Source: Candidatus Saccharimonadia bacterium
GTDB lineage: Bacteria; Patescibacteriota; Saccharimonadia; UBA4664
Direction: 5' to 3'
NCBI GenBank assembly: GCA_035544015.1
Contig: DATKIP010000093.1
Coordinates: forward strand, 1,156-65,155
DNA length: 64,000 nt
Shown: one piece after another, positions 1-8,803 of the stretch
Layout: every line of letters begins with the position of its first letter
How positions within the stretch are numbered: position 1 is the stretch's first letter
Made by a program: the position numbers and the translations under genes
The notes under the pieces: generated by a model
Database searches by the model: none
Told to the model about the DNA's origin: nothing
What the model saw: the letters and a program-made list of their open reading frames with translations, nothing else

Positions 1-7
1 TAACGCT

Positions 8-472
8 ATGCAAATGCTCACCAACCAAAAACTCAGCAGTAAACTCGACGCCGACAACTGGCAAGAAATGTACCGCTTCATGCAAGATCCGCGGGTGGCC
101 ACCGCCGTCAAGGATTACCAAGGCGAAGATGCGCAAGGCAACAAGATAGAGGGCGTTGATGTACTCGAACGAGTCTACAAGGAGGGCAACAAGCAAAAAG
201 CCGCCACCAAGACCCGCATCCAGCTTGTCACCGATGCCGAAGTGAAAGACTACAATGCCAGATTCACCCCCTGGCCGCCCAAGCGCATCCACGACTGGGT
301 GAATGGCATCAGCGAAGATCAGGCCCGCACCTACAATGCCGCTCACCCCGGCGCCCACAAGCAGGCCGGCGATGACCCCCCATGGCAGCGCGGTCCAGGA
401 CCCCGCCGCCTCGATCGTTCCATCGACGAAATTCGCAAAATCCTGGAGACGGCCGGTCGCAAGGTGGCGTAA
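8..472 (+). CDS. hypothetical protein; may be the 3' part of a gene starting upstream of the window
   Basis: The ORF is open from the window edge in this frame, with GC3-rich codon usage. No recognisable domain. Confidence 0.35.
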   Translation: MQMLTNQKLSSKLDADNWQEMYRFMQDPRVATAVKDYQGEDAQGNKIEGVDVLERVYKEGNKQKAATKTRIQLVTDAEVKDYNARFTPWPPKRIHDWVNGISEDQARTYNAAHPGAHKQAGDDPPWQRGPGPRRLDRSIDEIRKILETAGRKVA

Positions 473-528
473 AATTGGCTACCGGCTGCCTAGTAAACCC
501 GTCCCATTTGTGCTACTGTAGTTGAGCT

Positions 529-897
529 ATGCTACGTAAATTCGCCTTGCGCGTGCTCGTAAACTTCCTGGGCCTATGGGCCGCCGCCGAACTCATGAGC
601 GGCAGCATCGACTACAACGACAAACTCCGCGTTCTCGTGGTAGCAGCGCTCATTTTCTCGATCGTCAACGCCGTTCTCCGGCCCTTGGTTGTCATTTTGT
701 CACTTCCCGCTATTGTGCTCACGCTCGGCCTCTTTACCCTGGTCGTCAATGCCTTCATGCTGTACCTCGTCACCAAGATTTATCCCGCCTTCCATCTGCG
801 GTCGTTCTGGACGGCGGTGGTCGCCACTGTTATTATCTGGATCGTGAACTATCTCTTAACCGAATTGCTGGAACCCAAGCATGCGCAACCTGTTTAA
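529..897 (+). CDS. DUF360 / phage-holin-4_2 family small membrane protein (YvlD-like), 4 TM
   Basis: 122 aa with four hydrophobic helices. The motif pattern GLWAAAEL...LRPLVVILSLPAIVLTLGLFTLVVNAFMLYL matches the YvlD/DUF360 family as I recall it. Confidence 0.55.
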   Translation: MLRKFALRVLVNFLGLWAAAELMSGSIDYNDKLRVLVVAALIFSIVNAVLRPLVVILSLPAIVLTLGLFTLVVNAFMLYLVTKIYPAFHLRSFWTAVVATVIIWIVNYLLTELLEPKHAQPV

Positions 898-1102
898 TGC
901 CATCACCATCATTTCCGCCATCTTCCTCACGCTGTTCATTCTCATTCAGTCCCGTGGCCAGAGCCTAGGGGCTACCTTTGGCGGTGACACCAATTTCTAT
1001 CGTTCCCGCCGGGGCGCCGAGGCGGTGGTCTTTAACGCCACCATCGTATTCGGCGTGGTATTTGTGCTGTCGGTGGTTCTGAGCATTCTCCTCAAAAAGT
1101 AA
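881..1102 (+). CDS. secG: preprotein translocase subunit SecG
   Basis: 73 aa with two TM helices. The LIQSRGQSLGATFGG...RRGAE pattern is typical of SecG (Q-x-x-KG...G-x-x-FGG). Its stop overlaps the next gene start (TAATG). Confidence 0.55.
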   Translation: MRNLFNAITIISAIFLTLFILIQSRGQSLGATFGGDTNFYRSRRGAEAVVFNATIVFGVVFVLSVVLSILLKK

Positions 1103-2865
1103 TGTTTAGTTATGTACGGTTCCGGTATCGGCGGGCCCTGCGCCGCTTGCGCCGAACAGTCCGCACCAGCCACAAACTGACCGCGGCCTACATCGAGCGC
1201 CACCTCTGGGGTAAATGGCATCAGCTGCGCGTAGTGCGCCGATTTTTGCTGCTGTGGTGGCTGGTGGCGGCCATCGGTCTGGTAGGTTTGCTCCAACAAT
1301 TGGGCGCCATCGCTCAGATCGCTCAGATCGCGGTGTCGCTACCAGGAGGAACCTACAGCGAAGCCGCCGTGGGCACGGTTCAGACCCTCAACCCCGTGTT
1401 GCCCGAATCCACTACCACCGGCGACATCAACCGCCTCATATTTAGCGGTCTCACGCGCTACAACTCCCGGCGGCAGCTCATTCCCGATCTCGCCACCGCC
1501 TGGGAGGTCTCCAGCGACGGCAAGAGCTACACCTTTCACCTCCGCCACGGTGTCAAATGGCACGACGGCGTGCCCTTCACCTCGGCTGACGTCGCCTTTA
1601 CGCTCGCAGCCATCCAAAATCCCGACTCGCGCTCGCCGCTGGCTTCATCGTGGGACGGCGTGAAGGTAGACGTCAAAGACGACTTTACCGTCACCTTTAC
1701 CCTTCCCCAAGCCCTAAATTCGTTTCTCGACTCCACCACCGTTGGTATTGTGCCTCGTCATTTGCTCGAGTCTGTAGAGCCCTCGCTGCTGCGCGAGGCC
1801 GCCTTCAACCAGAATCCTGTGGGCACCGGCCCCTTCAAAATCAAAACTTTTGCCCCCTCGGCCAAAATCATCGAGCTCGCCGCCAATCCCAAATATTACT
1901 TGGGAAAGCCCAAAATAGACGAATTCCAATTTAAACTATATGACACTCCCGCCAAAACGCTCCAGGCGTATGCCCAGCGCCAGGTGACCTCGCCGGGCCG
2001 GATTTACCCCGAGCTGGCCGCCGAGGCTGGCCGCCAAACTGGTCTATCCGAGTACAACCTGACGTTACCCGACGCCCAGACTCTCTTTTTTGCTACCGCC
2101 GACCCCATTTTGGGCGACAAAGATCTGCGGCAAATCCTTTCCCGCTCCATCGACCGCGAGCTTGTGCTCGATGCCGCTACCGGCGCCCAGGGCACCATCG
2201 TGACCCAGCCGCTGCTGCCCGGCCAGCTGGGCTACACCAACAAATACGCGCCGGCCACACTCAGCCCCGCCGCCGCCCGCCAAGCGCTCGATGCCGCCGG
2301 CTGGACCCAAACCGGCGGTTCGCGCGCGACTCGCCAAAAAACCGGCACCAAACTCAGCCTCAAACTCGTCACCCTTAGCGGCGGCGAGCTGGAGCAGGCC
2401 GCCCGCGAGATCAAACGGCAGTGGGCTGAGCTAGGCATTGAACTCCAGGTGGTGGCTGCCAGCCGCGAGCAGCTTCAGCAAACCTACATGCGCCCGCGCA
2501 ACTTCCAGCTGCTGCTCTACGGCATGAACCTCGGCTCCGACCCCGATGTCTACTCATTTTGGCACTCCAGTCAGGCCAAAGACCCCGGCATCAACCTCTC
2601 GGCCTACACCTCGGCCGACGCCGATCGCGCGCTCGAGGCCGGCCGCATCAAGAGCGACCCCCAAGTGCGCCAGGGCAAATACGATGCCTTCCTTAAGGCC
2701 TGGAATACCGACGTCCCCGCCGTCGTGCTCTACGAATCCGGCTACACCTATGCTACCAGCAATACGGTCGCTGGCCTCACCGCCCACCGACTCGTCGTCC
2801 CAGCCGACCGCTTTTACGGCGTCGAGCGTTGGACCGTCCGCCAACGCTTCACCCCGGCGCGCTAA
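1102..2865 (+). CDS. ABC transporter substrate-binding protein, family 5 (oligopeptide/dipeptide type), N-terminal membrane anchor
   Basis: 587 aa. It has an N-terminal TM and the SBP_bac_5 signature region ATAWEVSSDGKSYTFHLRHGVKWHDGVPFTSADVAFTL. Confidence 0.8.
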   Translation: MFSYVRFRYRRALRRLRRTVRTSHKLTAAYIERHLWGKWHQLRVVRRFLLLWWLVAAIGLVGLLQQLGAIAQIAQIAVSLPGGTYSEAAVGTVQTLNPVLPESTTTGDINRLIFSGLTRYNSRRQLIPDLATAWEVSSDGKSYTFHLRHGVKWHDGVPFTSADVAFTLAAIQNPDSRSPLASSWDGVKVDVKDDFTVTFTLPQALNSFLDSTTVGIVPRHLLESVEPSLLREAAFNQNPVGTGPFKIKTFAPSAKIIELAANPKYYLGKPKIDEFQFKLYDTPAKTLQAYAQRQVTSPGRIYPELAAEAGRQTGLSEYNLTLPDAQTLFFATADPILGDKDLRQILSRSIDRELVLDAATGAQGTIVTQPLLPGQLGYTNKYAPATLSPAAARQALDAAGWTQTGGSRATRQKTGTKLSLKLVTLSGGELEQAAREIKRQWAELGIELQVVAASREQLQQTYMRPRNFQLLLYGMNLGSDPDVYSFWHSSQAKDPGINLSAYTSADADRALEAGRIKSDPQVRQGKYDAFLKAWNTDVPAVVLYESGYTYATSNTVAGLTAHRLVVPADRFYGVERWTVRQRFTPAR

Positions 2866-2918
2866 CCCTTCCGCCCAGGGGCAAATTATGCTAATGTAGT
2901 CCAGTTACAAACCCACTC

Positions 2919-3004
2919 GCGCGAGTGGTGGAATGGTAGACACGCTAGATTCAGGTTCTAGTGCCGGCAACGGTGTGGAGGTTCGACTCCTCTCTCGCGC
3001 ACCA
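2919..3004 (+). tRNA. tRNA-Leu (anticodon CAG), class II with long variable arm, CCA encoded
   Basis: Acceptor GCGCGAG/CTCGCGC, anticodon stem CTAGA/TCTAG with loop TTCAGGT, T-loop TTCGACT. The 3' end was anchored using the ORF-track ATG at 2933, which lies inside the tRNA. Confidence 0.85.
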
Positions 3005-3033
3005 AGGTCTGATCCAATTTATTCCGTGAATAG

Positions 3034-3061
3034 AAAAGCCCCAGAAATTCTGGGGCTTTTC
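3034..3061. terminator. Rho-independent terminator hairpin, bidirectional, between tRNA-Leu and the convergent gene ending at 3092
   Basis: AAAAGCCCCAG-AAATT-CTGGGGCTTTT forms a perfect 11-bp stem flanked by A/T runs on both sides. Confidence 0.6.
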
Positions 3062-3091
3062 TATAACCCTGACGCCAGCGGCGCCCTTGCG

Positions 3092-3508
3092 CTAGCCGCA
3101 ATTACCCCATGGACTGGTGTAGCTTGTGCCACCATGGTAGCCAAAGAATCGCACGCATTTACCCTTGCCATACTGCTTAACTGGACCGGCATAGTATTTG
3201 TAGTCGCCGGTGTCATAGGCCCAGCTTGAACCACTCGTTTGCAACCCTGCCGTGGTACGGGTTGGGGTGCCGACTTGTGTCGTCTTAATAGTAACCACAC
3301 AATTATATGAGCCGTTGTAAAGTTGATAAACTACAGCGCCACTAAGTGCATGTGAACGTTGTACGGTGTAGCCAGAACCACAAACCCCTTGAGGCGTGTA
3401 GGGATTGGCCGCGGCTTGTGCCGGTCCCGCCAACAAGGCAGCGGGGAGAACAGACATGAGGGCGCTTATACCCAAAGTCCTTAGCTTGGTAAATGCGCGT
3501 ATCTTCAT
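3092..3508 (-). CDS. small secreted cysteine-containing protein (signal peptide), hypothetical
   Basis: 138 aa with N-terminal signal peptide ...LLAGPAQAAA and four Cys. A strong SD (AAGGAGG, 4 nt before the ATG) is seen on the reverse complement at about 3513-3530. Confidence 0.6.
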   Translation of the reverse strand: MKIRAFTKLRTLGISALMSVLPAALLAGPAQAAANPYTPQGVCGSGYTVQRSHALSGAVVYQLYNGSYNCVVTIKTTQVGTPTRTTAGLQTSGSSWAYDTGDYKYYAGPVKQYGKGKCVRFFGYHGGTSYTSPWGNCG

Positions 3509-3640
3509 GGATACCTCCTTTTTTATATTTGCAAAGAGTATGGCAAAACTTGCAGCAAATCATAGTGACTATCTCCAAAAATCTGGCACATCTCACCGAG
3601 GCTTGATGTTCGGGTGAGTCCATTCTGATACAATTTAATC

Positions 3641-4198
3641 ATGGCACGCATCCAAGACATGGTTTGGCAGTCGCTCGCCTGGCCCAGCACCGTGGTGCAC
3701 CGGCAGGTCGTCACCGCTCAGGCGATCGAGGAACACGGCATTGCCGCCGGCAAGACCGATCAGGGCGCCGTGTTCGCATACGAGTATAAATTGCTGCTCA
3801 CGCCCGCGTGGGAGATCAAGAGCGCCAATATCACGTCGCTTTTGGATGAACGAACCATAGCCCTGCATCACGACGCCGGCACCTGGCGTGACGCCGCGGG
3901 CAAAACGCTTCATGAATTCGACGGCATACCCTACATCGATCTCTCTTTTTCGCCCTTCACCAACACGCTGCCCATCAAGCGCGCCCCATTTGTGGACGAC
4001 GAAGAACTCACCATCGACACGCTCTACTTCGACGAAAACAGCTTCTCGCTCACAAAAGTGCAGCAGCGCTACCGCCGGCTCGGCCCCAAAAAATATCGCT
4101 ACCAAGACGTCGAAACGCCCGATTTCACCGCCAATATCGATGTAGACGACGACGGACTCGTCACCGATTACCAACACCTCTTCGCCCGAATGCGCTAA
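3641..4198 (+). CDS. hypothetical protein (possibly glycolipid-binding-like); likely leaderless
   Basis: 185 aa with good codon bias. TACAAT lies at about 3629-3634, 6 nt before the ATG, and there is no SD. Confidence 0.55.
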   Translation: MARIQDMVWQSLAWPSTVVHRQVVTAQAIEEHGIAAGKTDQGAVFAYEYKLLLTPAWEIKSANITSLLDERTIALHHDAGTWRDAAGKTLHEFDGIPYIDLSFSPFTNTLPIKRAPFVDDEELTIDTLYFDENSFSLTKVQQRYRRLGPKKYRYQDVETPDFTANIDVDDDGLVTDYQHLFARMR

Positions 4199-4246
4199 GC
4201 TTGTCCTCAGATGCTTTTGGTTCTATCGTAATAAGGTTTTATTGAA

Positions 4247-6022
4247 TTGAAAGGAGCCCTCGTGGCCACGTTCCTTGCCCGATGGCGTTCCGCCTTGCCG
4301 ACCCGTCGATTCCCGGCTGGCAAATTAGTCGCCTCCACCGCCATGCTGTCGCTCCTGCCCACGCTCGCCAGCTTCTTGGGCAACCGCTACCAAGTGTCGG
4401 TGCAAGACCTATTCCTGCCGGTAATCGTCGACCTCCTTACGGCTGCCCTGGTGGTGGCCGTATTTTACCGCTCGTGGCGCAAAGACGCGCTGGCCGCCGG
4501 TCTCGCGGCTGGGCTTTTGGTGCTAGTGCTGGTTTCAAATTACGACGGCCGCCTGAGCACGATCTCCCCGATCTTTGACGCCGTTTCACCGTTTGTGGGC
4601 GTCGGGTGGGTCTACAGCTTGGTGTTTATGGTGCTACTCGGTGCATTGGCAGCGGCGATCGGGCGTCTCGCGAGTCGCCTCGTGCGGCTGCGCGGTTGGT
4701 CTTCGCGCGAAATCGTTCGCGCCGCCACCATCGCGGTGAGCGTCACATTCGCCATCCAGGTCGCAACCGTCGTCCAGGAGTTCGCCGTTGAATGGCCACA
4801 ATTCTTCTACAAAGCCCCGGCCTTAACCACCACAGCAGCCGCCACCCCCGCCAGCCCCAAGCCCGATATTTACTACATTGTGCTCGATCGCTACGCCAGC
4901 CAAGACGTGCTAGCGAGCCAGTTTGGCTTCAACAACGACGAATTCATCCAATTTCTCAAAGACAACCACTACTACGTCAACCCGTCCGCTCACAACAATT
5001 ACCCGTACACCACCATGTCGATAGCCTCCACGATGAGCGCCGACTACAACACATCCATCGTGCAGCAATTCGAAAACTCCACGAAACAAACGGTCATTCC
5101 CTTCAATGAAACCATCCGCCAAGCCCCCGTGGCGCAGACCCTGCAAAAGCTGGGCTATAGCTACAATCTCGTCGGCAATTGGTACGAGACCTCAAATGAA
5201 TCCCCTGTCGCCGATCATACCTACCAGCAAACCGGCATTTTCACGCTACTCGGCCACACGTTTACTCTCGATAATTTCCCCAAGATCATCCTGAGCCAGA
5301 GCATCTTCAGCCGGTTTATTCAAGCTAGCCCCAGTATCGGGCAGTTTCAGGCCCTGCGTTACACCAATTTGGGCGATGTCGACATGGCGCACTACCAGCT
5401 CCAAACACTCAAGGATCTCGCGGCCGCACCTCCCGGCGGGCGCTTCATTTTTGCGCACATTTTGGTCCCCCACGACCCTTACAACTTTAATGCCGACGGC
5501 TCAATCTCCACCACTACCAACAGCGACAACATAGGCGCACCGGTGAAGCAGAAATATCTCGGCCAGGTGCAATACATTAATGGCCAAATGAAGACCATTT
5601 TGAGCAACATCCAATCCGCCAGCCGAGGTCAGGCCGTAGTCGTACTGCAATCGGATGAGGGGCCGTACCCCGCGCAGCTCAACGACGAAGATTTCGATGC
5701 CAACGATCTGGACGGACTCCTGCAGGCCGGCGACATGCGGCAGTGGTCCGACGCCAACCTGCAGATGAAGTTTGGAAATTTGGCCGCCTACCACATCCCG
5801 GCCGCCGATTGGACTCGCGACACCGACGCGGCCGACTCCGTAAACATCTTTCGGCTGATTCTCAATTCATATTTTGGCGCCGGCATGTCATATTTGCCCG
5901 ATTGCTATTACGCGTATCCCAATGGTCGGGACAAACCACTCAGCTTCACCAGCATCACCACCCGCTTGACCGGCGCGGCCGAGGATAGCCGCTGCGGCGC
6001 CAATGGCGGCCTGAAGCCTTAG
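4247..6022 (+). CDS. membrane-anchored sulfatase/alkaline-phosphatase-superfamily protein, LtaS/phosphoglycerol-transferase-like
   Basis: 591 aa with N-terminal multi-TM region. The C-terminal domain carries IYYIVLDRYASQ...HILVPHDPY motifs typical of LTA-synthase/sulfatase folds. TTG start at 4247; alternative GTG at 4262 preceded by AAGGAG (4251-4256). Confidence 0.65.
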   Translation: MKGALVATFLARWRSALPTRRFPAGKLVASTAMLSLLPTLASFLGNRYQVSVQDLFLPVIVDLLTAALVVAVFYRSWRKDALAAGLAAGLLVLVLVSNYDGRLSTISPIFDAVSPFVGVGWVYSLVFMVLLGALAAAIGRLASRLVRLRGWSSREIVRAATIAVSVTFAIQVATVVQEFAVEWPQFFYKAPALTTTAAATPASPKPDIYYIVLDRYASQDVLASQFGFNNDEFIQFLKDNHYYVNPSAHNNYPYTTMSIASTMSADYNTSIVQQFENSTKQTVIPFNETIRQAPVAQTLQKLGYSYNLVGNWYETSNESPVADHTYQQTGIFTLLGHTFTLDNFPKIILSQSIFSRFIQASPSIGQFQALRYTNLGDVDMAHYQLQTLKDLAAAPPGGRFIFAHILVPHDPYNFNADGSISTTTNSDNIGAPVKQKYLGQVQYINGQMKTILSNIQSASRGQAVVVLQSDEGPYPAQLNDEDFDANDLDGLLQAGDMRQWSDANLQMKFGNLAAYHIPAADWTRDTDAADSVNIFRLILNSYFGAGMSYLPDCYYAYPNGRDKPLSFTSITTRLTGAAEDSRCGANGGLKP

Positions 6023-6040
6023 CTGGTATCATTTTGGCTG

Positions 6041-6328
6041 ATGGTAAGTTTTTCCGGAGATGAACTCCTCACGCTAATCTTTCAGGTGGTGCTGGCCGCG
6101 TTATCGATCACACTAATGTACTTCGCGTTAAGGACGGGAAGATCCCTCGCTGTCTACAAGATCAACCTCGGTTTGTTGATAGTTGTCCTATTCGGTTTCG
6201 CAGTGCTCGCTCCCGATGATTTTAGTCTGAATGAATGGCCGGCGATACTCGCCTTTATGGCTGTAATTGTATCGCTGTTCGCCATCCTTGTAGGTAGGCG
6301 CCGCAAACGTGGAAGCCAACGGCCTTAA
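6041..6328 (+). CDS. small 3-TM membrane protein, paralog 1 of a 5-gene tandem family
   Basis: 95 aa. YFALRTGRSLAVYKINLGL is shared with paralog 5. Basic C-terminal tail RRKRGSQRP. Confidence 0.55.
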   Translation: MVSFSGDELLTLIFQVVLAALSITLMYFALRTGRSLAVYKINLGLLIVVLFGFAVLAPDDFSLNEWPAILAFMAVIVSLFAILVGRRRKRGSQRP

Positions 6329-6348
6329 ATGCTGAAGGATAATAAATA

Positions 6349-6645
6349 ATGTCCGACGGCTTCACATTACCGGTTGCGTTTGCGCTTATTGCGGGCGTAC
6401 TTGTACCGACGCTATCAATAATTCTCGTATTCGTTTCGATACTTTTCAAACGAGTATGGCCGTACGCAGTATGCCAAGGCGCACTAGTCGTTGCATTAAC
6501 ATACTTGGCCGTATATTGGATGCAAACGGATATTGATCCGTGGAATAAGTATTGGTCAAACGTCTTTGTTTTGGTTGGTTGGATTGCGGTGCTACTAGCA
6601 ACCGGCATATTTTTTGCCAGAAGGAATCGCCAAACTCGGCATTAG
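6349..6645 (+). CDS. small 3-TM membrane protein, paralog 2
   Basis: 98 aa with three hydrophobic helices and basic tail RRNRQTRH. AAGGAT lies upstream of the ATG. Confidence 0.5.
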   Translation: MSDGFTLPVAFALIAGVLVPTLSIILVFVSILFKRVWPYAVCQGALVVALTYLAVYWMQTDIDPWNKYWSNVFVLVGWIAVLLATGIFFARRNRQTRH

Positions 6646-6649
6646 CAGC

Positions 6650-6955
6650 ATGGGAGCAAACTTCACCAATCTCGAATCAGCCCTCTTGCTGGCTATGATT
6701 TCCCTGCCTGCACTATCGATGTTGCTAGTGATCGTCGCCCTATTCATCAAGAAGACGCTCTGGCCCTTCGCGGGCACTGCTGGCGTGGTTTTATTGGTGC
6801 TTGTATGCTTGGCTTCGCCATGGCAGCAGGATTTTTCAGTAAGTAGCCTCGCATGGCATCAATACTGGACCGCTTGGCCAGTGCAACTGGGCTGGGTGGC
6901 TATTGTGCTGTCGATAGCGATAATACTTCGGAGAAAGCCTCGAGCACAGAGATAG
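6650..6955 (+). CDS. small 3-TM membrane protein, paralog 3
   Basis: Internal ATG (MGANFTNLE...) of track ORF 6614..6955, chosen to remove overlap with paralog 2. Basic tail RRKPRAQR. Confidence 0.5.
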   Translation: MGANFTNLESALLLAMISLPALSMLLVIVALFIKKTLWPFAGTAGVVLLVLVCLASPWQQDFSVSSLAWHQYWTAWPVQLGWVAIVLSIAIILRRKPRAQR

Positions 6956-7237
6956 TTGAAACAGGATATGGATATCGGTACGTACACATTTATTATTTGG
7001 CTCTTGCTGCCTGGGTTGTCGATTCTCTCGATCTATTGCGCCACAATCAGCCAGGTTAAGCTCGTCCCTTACTTTGTCACGGTTGGGCTAACCCTCATTA
7101 CGCTTATAGGCTTGGGGATGCAGGATGGTTTCGGCCTAGACTATTGGCAGGCCGGGACAACGGTGCTTGGCTGGCTGTCGGTAGGAATTTCAAGTGTTAT
7201 GGTGCTCGCAAAGAAGTTCCGCGTGCCGCGAAAATGA
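6956..7237 (+). CDS. small 3-TM membrane protein, paralog 4
   Basis: 93 aa, TTG start (alternative ATG at 6968). Tail KKFRVPRK. Confidence 0.5.
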   Translation: MKQDMDIGTYTFIIWLLLPGLSILSIYCATISQVKLVPYFVTVGLTLITLIGLGMQDGFGLDYWQAGTTVLGWLSVGISSVMVLAKKFRVPRK

Positions 7238-7518
7238 CCCAGAATTTCACTGACCTCGATTGGCTGCTGTACTTTACCACATGGATCTTTTTGCCAGCAC
7301 TCTCCGCTGCGATGGTGTACTTCGCCTTAAAACCGGGAAAATCGCTTGGTGCTTACAAAATAAATCTCGGTCTCGTAGCGATCATATTGCTGGCGCTAAT
7401 ACCTGCGCTAGATTCAGCCATCGGCTACTGGAACGCGGGCTCGCCAAAACTTGCGCTGCTAGCCATCGGACTGTCTTTGGCTATATTGCTCATAAGAAAG
7501 TTCCGCACACGGCACTAA
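7234..7518 (+). CDS. small 3-TM membrane protein, paralog 5
   Basis: Internal ATG (MTQNFTDLDW...) overlapping the paralog 4 stop as ATGA. YFALKPGKSLGAYKINLGL is nearly identical to paralog 1. Tail RKFRTRH. Confidence 0.55.
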   Translation: MTQNFTDLDWLLYFTTWIFLPALSAAMVYFALKPGKSLGAYKINLGLVAIILLALIPALDSAIGYWNAGSPKLALLAIGLSLAILLIRKFRTRH

Positions 7519-7543
7519 TCGCATAGAATCGACCCAAACTGAA

Positions 7544-7584
7544 GCCGCGGAGGGTTAGATCGTCGGGGTCCAACCCTCCGCCGC
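7544..7584. terminator. stem-loop between convergent genes (possible bidirectional terminator)
   Basis: GCCGCGGAGGGTT-(15 nt loop)-AACCCTCCGCCGC, a roughly 13-bp stem with one mismatch. No T-run. Confidence 0.35.
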
Positions 7585-7615
7585 AGCCGCTAGTCAGCCT
7601 CGGCTGGCCTCGCCG

Positions 7616-8068
7616 TTACTCGGATGGCGGTTCCGCCGGGAAGCGTTTGATGTAGGTATACGCTCGCTCCCAGGGTAGGTATGGAAAATACTCCGGTGGT
7701 CGGTGGTTGTTCTTGAGGGCGTAGCTCGGCAGACCCTCCTCCACTACTATCCGCTCGTACTCCCAGCCAGGGTGTTTTTGCCGATACGCCGCACCGTATA
7801 CTTCGAGTAGTTCTTCCTCGCGGGTCCAGCCGTTGAAGTCAAACACCCACACCCCATTGCTGGCGTACATATGGTGACCTGGCTGCTCTCCCCTGGGCTT
7901 GATATGGATGAGCTTGTAGCCTTCCCCGGTATGCAGCTCCAAGAACATATGCGCCAGAATATGGCATGCCCCGGCCGCAAAGAAAGCCCTATCCTCCCGC
8001 TTCCAGGCCAAAAATGGGTCCCGGTACTCTTCGGGAGTACGCTCGTACACGATTCCGGGTTGGTACAC
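7616..8068 (-). CDS. hypothetical protein
   Basis: 150 aa with good coding bias, convergent with the small membrane-protein array. No domain recognised. Confidence 0.5.
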   Translation of the reverse strand: MYQPGIVYERTPEEYRDPFLAWKREDRAFFAAGACHILAHMFLELHTGEGYKLIHIKPRGEQPGHHMYASNGVWVFDFNGWTREEELLEVYGAAYRQKHPGWEYERIVVEEGLPSYALKNNHRPPEYFPYLPWERAYTYIKRFPAEPPSE

Positions 8069-8157
8069 GATGTTCCCTCCTTGGTTGGCTGTGAGTTCTC
8101 ACAAAATAATGTTAGCATAGTCTTGCCAAACATAAACCGAACATATATCATAGACCC

Positions 8158-8757
8158 ATGAAGCAATTCGGCCTCAATCTCGATGATATGATCCAGTTCT
8201 CTCAGCTCATGCTGCGGCTGCAGGCTGTCGTGCGGGCCATCCATGTGCCCGGCCGCGACATTAAGGAAAATGACGTCGAGCATAGCTATCATTTGGCGAT
8301 GATGGGCTGGTATCTCAATATCTCCGGCCGGCTTGGCTACAACACCGACAGCCTGGTGCGCTATGCGCTCATTCACGACCTGGCCGAAGCCTACGCCGGC
8401 GACGTCAGTGCCCTCGATGCCGCCGGACGCGTGGGCAAACGGGAGCGCGAAGCCGCCGCCCTCGAGCGGATCGACGCGGAATTTCCGCTCGCCGAAGAGA
8501 TTATTGCCGCCGTCCACCGCTACGAAACCCTGGCCGACGACGAGGCCAGGTTCATCTACGCCCTCGATAAGCTCATGCCCATGGTCATGGTGTATCTGGC
8601 CGACGGCCGTACCTGGCGCGAGGAACACCAGGGTTTCAGCGTGATGCACGAGTGCCAGGCACCCAAAATCGCCGTATCTGAGCCGGTCAGCCAGCTCTAT
8701 GAGCAGCTGCGCCTGATGCTCGTGCATCGCCCTCAGCTCTTCGGCGCGGCCGCTTAG
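8158..8757 (+). CDS. HD-domain phosphohydrolase, YfbR-like 5'-deoxynucleotidase family
   Basis: H...ENDVEHSYHLAMM...LIHDLAEAYAGD matches the HD_3 / YfbR motif arrangement. Confidence 0.65.
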   Translation: MKQFGLNLDDMIQFSQLMLRLQAVVRAIHVPGRDIKENDVEHSYHLAMMGWYLNISGRLGYNTDSLVRYALIHDLAEAYAGDVSALDAAGRVGKREREAAALERIDAEFPLAEEIIAAVHRYETLADDEARFIYALDKLMPMVMVYLADGRTWREEHQGFSVMHECQAPKIAVSEPVSQLYEQLRLMLVHRPQLFGAAA

Positions 8758-8803
8758 CCGTAAGCATTTTGTAATTTTGCGGCGGCCACCGTATCATAAG
8801 GAC

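Noticed and set aside
2933-3229. Plus-strand ORF starting inside tRNA-Leu(CAG); also 40994..41257 minus, spanning tRNA-Phe/Gly
   Set aside because: They traverse tRNA genes and terminator hairpins; spurious.
3635-4177. 180-aa minus-strand ORF antisense to the 3641..4198 gene
   Set aside because: Almost perfectly antisense, and the plus-strand gene has a promoter-like TACAAT; kept the plus-strand call.
7747-8727. 326-aa minus-strand ORF
   Set aside because: Overlaps both the 7616..8068 gene and the well-supported HD-domain gene on the opposite strand; no domain; irregular composition.
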